NCBI GenBank assembly: GCA_964468425.1
Contig: CAYXSZ010000035.1
Span: 1-14,560, forward strand
DNA from: Candidatus Woesearchaeota archaeon
GTDB taxonomy: Archaea > Nanobdellota > Nanobdellia > Nanobdellales > Nanobdellaceae
Direction: 5' to 3'
DNA: 14,560 nt
In this document: positions 1 to 5,680 of the stretch, piece after piece
Layout of the letters: each line of letters begins with the position of its first letter
Position numbering within the stretch: position 1 is the first letter of the stretch
Notes under the pieces: model-generated
Told to the model about the DNA's origin: nothing
The model's input: only the letters and a program-made list of their open reading frames with translations
Databases searched by the model: none
Position numbers and translations under genes: made by a program

Positions 1-1
1 T

Positions 2-211
2 TCTGTTATAAGAAAAGATAACATCTCCGAAGAATATTATAAAAAAATGCTCAACGAAACCATAAAAAAATTGGCTAAGGCTAACATTATCACGGGATTA
101 TCGTACAACCTAACATGGATAGGCGTACCTTGTTCTGGAGATAGAGTGGTGGAGATATTTCTCGATAAGGGGGCTCCGGTAGTTGTGTGTTTGCCTCATG
201 TAAAACCATGA
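2..211 (+). CDS. Hypothetical protein, C-terminal fragment (5' end lies outside the window)
   Basis: Frame +2 is open from the window edge for 69 codons (...ITGLSYNLTWIGVPCSGDRVVEIFLDKGAPVVVCLPHVKP*). It is absent from the ORF track because no start lies in the window. Its TGA (209-211) overlaps the ATG at 208 of the next gene (ATGA junction), typical of coupled genes. No family recognised. Confidence 0.4.
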   Translation, partial: SVIRKDNISEEYYKKMLNETIKKLAKANIITGLSYNLTWIGVPCSGDRVVEIFLDKGAPVVVCLPHVKP

Positions 212-1692
212 GAAGAAGCTCTTTTCTCGAGTTGGCAGCTGTCGTTTCTTCACTTTTGATAGTAGTTTTTGTCGGTTTTTTGGCGTACAAGCTCATAAAA
301 CAAAACGTACCAATCACCGCATACGTTATGAAGGATTATTATCTGTACCAAAAGTATCTTTTTTACGCGTTTCCTGGATTTGAATATTTCGCTAGAGACC
401 TAATATTTCACGGATTTTATAATCTATTAGCAACGAATTATACGCTAACTTCGTGTGTAGCATATCACCTCAAGCCAGATAAACCATTCGAACTCTTAAC
501 ATACAGGGAATCTGGAAATACCGCTAGCTACTATTTTGGAATACCGTTCATACCTTTAAATGGAACGAATCCTTGTTTCAACGATTACGTAGTTAGCGGG
601 AAAACTGAGCTGAAAAAAACGTTTGAATCCTTTAAGGATCTCCAGCTTGACGAGGACGTAGACCTTACCGGTCTAAACATTCAGATAGATCCCTCCAAGT
701 TCTTTATAAATATTTCCTGGAAGTATGATTTTAACGCTACTAATTATGAGAGAAAGTTAACGATTAAAAACAGCTATGACTACAGGCTAGATGTGTTGTT
801 CTACGACGCGAATTTGTCTAAACTATATTGCAATGTTTCAAAGCTCTTTAATTTCTACGAAGTGCAAAATCCAGAGGATTTTATAGATAAATACGGCAAG
901 CTGAAACCTATGTGCGAAAAGTTAAATATCTCGAGCAAGTTTATCAACTGCACGATAAACAGAAGTCTCTGGCTTCCTTACTACGTAGCGTACAACATTT
1001 CCTCGTTCTTCAACTTCACAGCTACTTTGAAATATTGGTGCGAGCGCTTTGGAGGAAAGCTAATAGGTGGCGATTGCAAGCTTCCAGAGAATGGTATAGG
1101 AGAAACTTATTATAGAGAATGCATTTACGATAGTAACACTATTGAAGTTGGTAGCTTTTCAGATATAAAATATCCAAATTATACTTATGTATTCTACGAA
1201 ATTGAAAAAGTAGAGCCTGATAACAAAAGCACATATAAGATGTATTATCCGGTTACGGGGGATTATATAAGTGCTTCGGCGACTCCTTCCAGCGTAAAAT
1301 CTGTTAAAAAGTGCGAAGAAAAAAAGTTAACCCAAATAGATCCCTATCTTGCTAATTTTACGGTAAGATATTTCGTTTACTACGGAAAGAAACTAATTTA
1401 CAAGGAGTATACTTGCAAGGTCGGATATAGGGATGAAAAAACCAGTTGTTTATCTGATCCAGACGCCTGGATAAAAAGTAATATAGATGGTTTTTACAAG
1501 AAGGATCCTTACTACGATTCATCTACTAGTTGTTCCAACCCCGATTGCTGCGATTATCATTATTATAAGTGTGGAAACGCTACGTGCTGCGAATGCGTAG
1601 GATGGTACGTGCACTACAAGCAAAGAGTGAAACATACAAGTGTTACAAACGATGCATATACTTTAGAGACGTTCGGATGCTTCGAGAACTAG
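208..1692 (+). CDS. Membrane-anchored or secreted Cys/Tyr-rich putative glycoprotein, function unknown
   Basis: Long ORF. The start at ATG 208 (MRRSS...) is preferred over 187 because of the ATGA overlap with the upstream ORF. A basic N-terminus is followed by one hydrophobic helix (LELAAVVSSLLIVVFVGFLAY). By hand count there are about 15 N-X-S/T sequons and 19 Cys, 8 of them in the last ~55 residues (CSNPDCCDYHYYKCGNATCCEC). No family recognised. Confidence 0.72.
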   Translation: MRRSSFLELAAVVSSLLIVVFVGFLAYKLIKQNVPITAYVMKDYYLYQKYLFYAFPGFEYFARDLIFHGFYNLLATNYTLTSCVAYHLKPDKPFELLTYRESGNTASYYFGIPFIPLNGTNPCFNDYVVSGKTELKKTFESFKDLQLDEDVDLTGLNIQIDPSKFFINISWKYDFNATNYERKLTIKNSYDYRLDVLFYDANLSKLYCNVSKLFNFYEVQNPEDFIDKYGKLKPMCEKLNISSKFINCTINRSLWLPYYVAYNISSFFNFTATLKYWCERFGGKLIGGDCKLPENGIGETYYRECIYDSNTIEVGSFSDIKYPNYTYVFYEIEKVEPDNKSTYKMYYPVTGDYISASATPSSVKSVKKCEEKKLTQIDPYLANFTVRYFVYYGKKLIYKEYTCKVGYRDEKTSCLSDPDAWIKSNIDGFYKKDPYYDSSTSCSNPDCCDYHYYKCGNATCCECVGWYVHYKQRVKHTSVTNDAYTLETFGCFEN

Positions 1693-2247
1693 TTTCCTAA
1701 ACTTATTCATACGATCTCTTGTTTTTATCAATTTCTGGTTGGCTTCGTGAACAAGAACTTCGATGTAGTCGTTATTAACTAATAACTTACCACCTTTCGC
1801 AACAATAGTTTCGATCCTTTCAGTACTTTGAATTTCCAAAACTACCCTTTCAGGTTTGATCGAAATTATTCCAGAATGCTTTAAGCCCGATCTTTGTGCG
1901 AGCTCTAAGAGCTTTAGAGCCTTGTCTAAATCCCTCGCGGATACATGGATTATAAATGGTTCCTGTTTGAACCAGACAGACTCCTCTGGTAGGCTTTCTA
2001 GAGCTTTTAAAACCACTCGAGGTTCTGTTGGAAAGTGTGTTTTAAATAAGAACTCGGCTTCGTTCTTTCTTCCAGATTTTGGAATTTTCATGAGAACTAT
2101 TCTTCCTGCACACGAAGAAGTCGTGAAGTAATCTTCTAATGAGTTAATTGTATTGAGTAAGGGGATAATGGGTTCGTCAACTTCGTTTCGAGACAGAGCC
2201 TCGTCTAGCTTCCTCAATGCATAGCTTTTTAATTCATCGAATTTCAT
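1663..2247 (-). CDS. taw3: tRNA wyosine-derivative methyltransferase Taw3 (TYW3 family)
   Basis: Contains the TYW3-family signature TTSSCAGRI ((S/T)xSSCxGR) and has a typical ~194 aa length. Start placed at the internal MKFDELK (ATG complement at 2245-2247) rather than 2322, because the longer form overlaps the divergent gene and adds a non-conserved extension. The 3' end overlaps the convergent gene by 30 nt. Confidence 0.8.
   Translation of the reverse strand: MKFDELKSYALRKLDEALSRNEVDEPIIPLLNTINSLEDYFTTSSCAGRIVLMKIPKSGRKNEAEFLFKTHFPTEPRVVLKALESLPEESVWFKQEPFIIHVSARDLDKALKLLELAQRSGLKHSGIISIKPERVVLEIQSTERIETIVAKGGKLLVNNDYIEVLVHEANQKLIKTRDRMNKFRKLVLEASERL
2226..2234 (+). promoter_or_regulatory. 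TATA-like box for the 2255 gene, inside the taw3 coding region
   Basis: tttttaatt is centred about 25 nt upstream of ATG 2255. Sequence pattern only. Confidence 0.35.
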
Positions 2248-2254
2248 AATTAAA

Positions 2255-2722
2255 ATGGAAAGGAGAGAACTCTTAATAAACCTTGCATTTCTGGCTGTCG
2301 CACTTCCAATCGTCTTTTTCATATTTCAAGGCTACGCGACGATGTATTTCAAAAACAAAGCTATAGACCTTTCGAATCCATTAAATCTTCAAGTTACGAA
2401 GGTTTTTGTCACCGAAAATTCAATTTCCTTCTTGTTATACAATCCTAATAACTTCTCAGTGACTATTACGGTCAATATGGTTGGTTTGCGAAACAGCTTT
2501 GGATCTGTAGCTCCCGTAACACAGGGTGGAGACATAGGAGTTACTAAAGTCCTGCCACCCCGTCAAAACGTTACTTTTTACATCCCAATAATTAAAGGGA
2601 CTCCTCCTAACACCGTTTTAATCCAGTGGAGAAACGCGGGAGGAAACCTAACGATCGCGATTTACTACAACACCCCCAATTCTAATGTTAACGGAGTTGT
2701 TATGACAAAAGTTTCTAAATAA
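2255..2722 (+). CDS. Small N-terminally membrane-anchored, beta-strand-rich protein, function unknown
   Basis: 155-aa ORF. MERRE is followed by a hydrophobic helix (LLINLAFLAVALPIVFFIF), then alternating polar/hydrophobic runs (LQVTKVFVTENSISFLLYNPNNFSVTITVNMVGL) suggesting a beta-sandwich ectodomain. Three N-X-S/T sequons. No class III (pilin-type) signal motif seen. Confidence 0.6.
   Translation: MERRELLINLAFLAVALPIVFFIFQGYATMYFKNKAIDLSNPLNLQVTKVFVTENSISFLLYNPNNFSVTITVNMVGLRNSFGSVAPVTQGGDIGVTKVLPPRQNVTFYIPIIKGTPPNTVLIQWRNAGGNLTIAIYYNTPNSNVNGVVMTKVSK
2273..2280 (-). promoter_or_regulatory. TATA-like box for taw3, inside the 2255 gene's coding region
   Basis: The - strand reads tttattaa, centred about 29 nt upstream of the taw3 ATG (2247). 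Sequence pattern only. Confidence 0.35.
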
Positions 2723-3076
2723 TTTGAAGGTGTTGAAGGACTTATCAAATACACAGGAGATGCAAGTATAAGGAATTCATAAAATCATCCTTAATATAAC
2801 CTTAAACAAAAAATTATATTTTATTGATTTGCCATCACCCATTTCTGAGTTCAAAAAGCAGTCGATATATAATATAAAAGCAATATTAAGAATTAAGCTC
2901 TTGTTCCCCCTCGCTGGCGTTTGGAGACTCGCATGTATACTCTCTGAAAGATATAATAAAGTATTAGCCAGAGACTAAGCAATTCGCTTATTCAAAGTAT
3001 GTTTTTCAAAAATTAGATTGTCTAAAGATTCAAAAATCTCGTTACGCTGTCGAAATCGATACCCAGCTAAGTTTAT

Positions 3077-3088
3077 AAAACAAAAAAA
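3077..3088 (-). terminator. Oligo-T terminator candidate for dnaG
   Basis: The - strand reads tttttttgtttt beginning 14 nt after the dnaG stop codon. Archaeal termination commonly uses oligo-T tracts. Confidence 0.45.
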
Positions 3089-3101
3089 TTTAGTGTAAAA
3101 C

Positions 3102-4292
3102 TTAAGAAATCACCTTGTCTAGATCCTTGATCGTGTATATCTTTATTTTGTCGTGATTCTTTTGAACGGCGTCTAGGCACACTATGTATCTGATGCTTCC
3201 AACCTTTTCGATGCTTTCTAAAAGTTCCCTAGTTAGGACACCATCCATCACGATCGCAAACGCGTTCGAGCTTCTCAACGCATCGATGAGCTTGGAGACC
3301 GGAACCTTGTTAAGGATGTTGAGGTTGCCATCTAATAAGATAACCTGTTCCGTCTTGAACACAGCTTCCATAAAGTTCTTCAACCTGCTCAAAACTGGAT
3401 CTCGAATCATTTTTAGCTCCTTCATCTTCTTTATATCCTCCATACTTCCCTCCAGCTTCTCGTAGTAATGCTTGACTTGGTCGAACGGAACCTTGTTTTT
3501 CAGAGCCTTTATTATTTCTTTTCTGGAGAGTTCTTCGACTTCTCTTCCGGTATCTGGTCTAGCAACGAAGTCGATTTCGACCCCGTTAAGGTACAGTTCC
3601 TTAATTAAAAGATCTCCTGCGCGATCCCCGTCAAAGAACACTGTTGTTATCTTCTTCTTGGATAGATCCACTATTGTCTTCGGAACATTTAAACCATTTA
3701 GAGCTATTACGTTGGTTATTCCGTACTTGAGCAGGTTAAGAACATCCGCTCTCCCCTCGACAATGATAACTTCCTCTGCCTTTGCTACGTCTGGTCCTGC
3801 AAACAATTTTTCGGGTCCATAGTAAGTTAGTTCTCGCATCTTATGAGAGTACTCTAAGAAAGTAACAAGTTCCTTCGTATCTGGAAGTTCTTCGTTGACA
3901 AGATTATTCAAAAGATCCTTAGCTCTCTCTAAAATGTATTGAACTTTCGCTTTTCTGATGTTTTCGATCTTTTTTATCTTAACTACCGCGTGTGCAGGTC
4001 CAACTCGATTGATGGTTTCCAGGGCAGCAGCAATCAGCGAGGTTTCAAACCTATTCAAGCTCGTTGGGATTACGATCTCTCCGAAGGTTCTTTTTCCTTC
4101 TCTTTTAACCGTTACTTCGATTCTTCCAATCTTTCCACTTCGCTGAAGTTCCCTGAGATCTAGTTCTTCGCCTAATAACCCTTCTGTCTGCCCGAATATT
4201 GCTCCAACAACGTCTGGTTTTTCTACTACACCATCCACATAGTATTCAGCATGAACCATGTATTTGATATACGGAGGAGCGGACTTCGCCAT
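3102..4292 (-). CDS. dnaG: Archaeal DnaG primase-like protein (Toprim domain; exosome-associated in characterised archaea)
   Basis: The N-terminal block YYVDGVVEKPDVVGAIFGQTEGLLGEELDLRELQRSGKIGRIEV is characteristic of archaeal DnaG. The central Toprim signature is present (IIVEGRADVLNL ... VFFDGDRAGD, i.e. the catalytic E and DxD). Confidence 0.9.
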   Translation of the reverse strand: MAKSAPPYIKYMVHAEYYVDGVVEKPDVVGAIFGQTEGLLGEELDLRELQRSGKIGRIEVTVKREGKRTFGEIVIPTSLNRFETSLIAAALETINRVGPAHAVVKIKKIENIRKAKVQYILERAKDLLNNLVNEELPDTKELVTFLEYSHKMRELTYYGPEKLFAGPDVAKAEEVIIVEGRADVLNLLKYGITNVIALNGLNVPKTIVDLSKKKITTVFFDGDRAGDLLIKELYLNGVEIDFVARPDTGREVEELSRKEIIKALKNKVPFDQVKHYYEKLEGSMEDIKKMKELKMIRDPVLSRLKNFMEAVFKTEQVILLDGNLNILNKVPVSKLIDALRSSNAFAIVMDGVLTRELLESIEKVGSIRYIVCLDAVQKNHDKIKIYTIKDLDKVIS

Positions 4293-4310
4293 AGATTTCT
4301 ATAAGCCTAA

Positions 4311-4322
4311 ATTATTAATTTG
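4311..4322 (-). promoter_or_regulatory. TATA-like box for dnaG
   Basis: The - strand reads caaattaataat, centred about 25 nt upstream of the dnaG ATG (4292). Confidence 0.3.
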
Positions 4323-4342
4323 TTTGCGAGCAAAAAGTAAGC

Positions 4343-4350
4343 TTTTAAAA
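4343..4350 (+). promoter_or_regulatory. TATA-like box for the P1 gene
   Basis: ttttaaaa is centred about 26 nt upstream of ATG 4373, implying a leaderless or near-leaderless mRNA. Confidence 0.45.
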
Positions 4351-4372
4351 GTATTTTCCTGTAAGAATAGGA

Positions 4373-4693
4373 ATGGCTATGGAGTACCTTTACGCAGCGT
4401 TACTGCTACACGAAGCAGGTAAAGATGTAAACGCAGATAACATTAAGAAGGTCCTCGAAAGCGCAGGCGTCGAGGTAAACGAGGCTATGCTAAATGCAGT
4501 AGTTACTTCTCTCGAGGGTGTCGATTTTGAAAAAATTAAGGAAGAGGCTCTTGCAGCTCCTGTAGCGGCAGTTCCTGCTCAAGCTCCAGCTCAAGAAGCT
4601 CCAGCTGAAGAGAAGAAGGAGGAGAAACCGAAGGAAGAAGAAAAGAAGGAAGAACAAGCCCTCGAGGGACTCGGATCTCTGTTCGGGTTCTAA
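4373..4693 (+). CDS. rpl12: Ribosomal stalk protein P1 (archaeal L12/aP1)
   Basis: [16 protein letters not shown]-terminus, Ala/Pro hinge, Lys/Glu-rich region and the conserved C-terminal tail EGLGSLFGF. The start could be 4373 (MAMEY) or 4379 (MEY). Confidence 0.93.
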   Translation: MAMEYLYAALLLHEAGKDVNADNIKKVLESAGVEVNEAMLNAVVTSLEGVDFEKIKEEALAAPVAAVPAQAPAQEAPAEEKKEEKPKEEEKKEEQALEGLGSLFGF

Positions 4694-4700
4694 CGAAAAG

Positions 4701-4708
4701 TTTAAATA
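4701..4708 (+). promoter_or_regulatory. Consensus-like archaeal TATA box (tttaaata) for the coiled-coil gene
   Basis: tttaaata is preceded by purine-rich aaaag (BRE-like) and centred about 26 nt upstream of GTG 4731. Confidence 0.5.
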
Positions 4709-4730
4709 AACCAAAAAACCATAACTTGAA

Positions 4731-5600
4731 GTGGAGAGCGCTGGCAGAATAGCTAAGGAAATTTTTTTGACTAGAAGAAGGCTAAACGAAATAAATTCTA
4801 TCAAGGAAGAACTTTACAAAAGAAAGCAGCTTCTTCGAGACGAAATCATTCAAACACGCGAAGAACTAAAGAAGTTAAGAGAAGAAAGGGAGAATTATAC
4901 TAAGAAGATAGATTCCTTGATGGATGAGCGCGCGAAGACACTAGAGCAACTAAACAAAATCCGAGAGGAGCTCAAGGCGTTGAGGGAGAAGAAAAGATCT
5001 ATTCTCAAGAGCAAGAAATTAGATGTTGATATTAATAAGCTAAGAAAGGAACTAGAAACACTTGAATATGTTCTACAAACAGAAATTCTTAGCTATACGC
5101 AAGAAAGAAAAATCTGGAATAGAATAAAATACTTGAGAAAGCTTCTTGGAAAGTATGAGGAGCTCGCGGTAGTAATGCAAGATCTTGAGCAAAAGCAAGT
5201 GGAATATGGGGCTTACAAGTCTAAGCTTGCCATCATTAGGGAAAATATTCGAAAGAATATTGAACTTAGAAAGCAAGTTAAAGAAAGGATTAAGGAACTC
5301 CGAGAGTTACTTACAAAGCTAAGGGAAGAGTATGATCAAGTTAAAGACGAAATCGTAAAGTACAAGCAAGAGTTTAAGGACTTGAATGATAAAATGAAGG
5401 AGCTCCTTGAAAAGTACGTTACGATGGTTAAGAAAAAGGAAGAAGCTTTAGAAGTATCCGAAAAGGATATCCAAGAAGTTTTAGAACGCTACCAAAAAGT
5501 CCAGGAAAAAATAATGAACGGAGAAACCATCGGAACGGAAGACATCTTGGTTATGCAAAAGTACGAAATTCTCAAGAACAAAGGTCTCATCAAAAGCTAA
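4731..5600 (+). CDS. Archaeal coiled-coil protein of unknown function (resembles the COG1340-type family, from memory)
   Basis: 289 codons of heptad-like K/E/L/R-rich sequence. It has a central LETLEYVLQTEILSYTQERKIWNRIKYL block and a C-terminal NGETIGTEDILVMQ segment, as I recall for this archaea-specific family. The ORF begins with GTG at 4731; the first in-frame ATG is about 60 codons downstream, so the start is uncertain. Confidence 0.68.
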   Translation: MESAGRIAKEIFLTRRRLNEINSIKEELYKRKQLLRDEIIQTREELKKLREERENYTKKIDSLMDERAKTLEQLNKIREELKALREKKRSILKSKKLDVDINKLRKELETLEYVLQTEILSYTQERKIWNRIKYLRKLLGKYEELAVVMQDLEQKQVEYGAYKSKLAIIRENIRKNIELRKQVKERIKELRELLTKLREEYDQVKDEIVKYKQEFKDLNDKMKELLEKYVTMVKKKEEALEVSEKDIQEVLERYQKVQEKIMNGETIGTEDILVMQKYEILKNKGLIKS

Positions 5601-5650
5601 CTTTTGTTACATTTCTTAAATCTCTCAGTTCCGCTCGCGACGACTAAAAA

Positions 5651-5658
5651 CTTTTTAA
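5651..5658 (+). promoter_or_regulatory. TATA-like box for rpoB1
   Basis: ctttttaa, preceded by aaaaa, is centred about 26 nt upstream of ATG 5681. Confidence 0.4.
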
Positions 5659-5680
5659 CCTTTCCTTTCCTCCTTTTTAA

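Noticed and set aside
187-207. Track start (187) of the 501-aa ORF
   Set aside because: ATG 208 forms an ATGA overlap with the upstream ORF's stop and gives a typical basic-then-hydrophobic N-terminus, so the extra 7 codons are probably not translated.
90-317. 75-aa ORF on the - strand
   Set aside because: It lies antisense across the junction of two better-supported + strand ORFs and has no recognisable motifs. It is probably a shadow ORF.
2248-2322. N-terminal 25-codon extension of the taw3 ORF
   Set aside because: The extension overlaps the divergent 2255 gene by 68 nt. It adds a non-conserved hydrophobic/basic peptide ahead of the family-typical MKFDELK start.
2371-2379. ttcgaatcc, resembling a tRNA T-loop
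   Set aside because: The flanking bases (agacc / att) cannot form a T-stem, no acceptor or anticodon arms are present, and it lies inside a coding region.
3184-4163. Four + strand ORFs (3184-3465, 3472-3822, 3939-4163, 3958-4146)
   Set aside because: All lie antisense within the strongly supported dnaG gene and have low-complexity Ser/Leu/Phe-rich translations typical of shadow frames.
4490-4804. 104-aa - strand ORF, plus repetitive gct/cca/gaa/aag sequence at about 4560-4660
   Set aside because: The ORF is antisense to the P1 gene. The repeats simply encode the normal Ala/Pro hinge and Lys/Glu tail of stalk protein P1, so this is not a repeat element.
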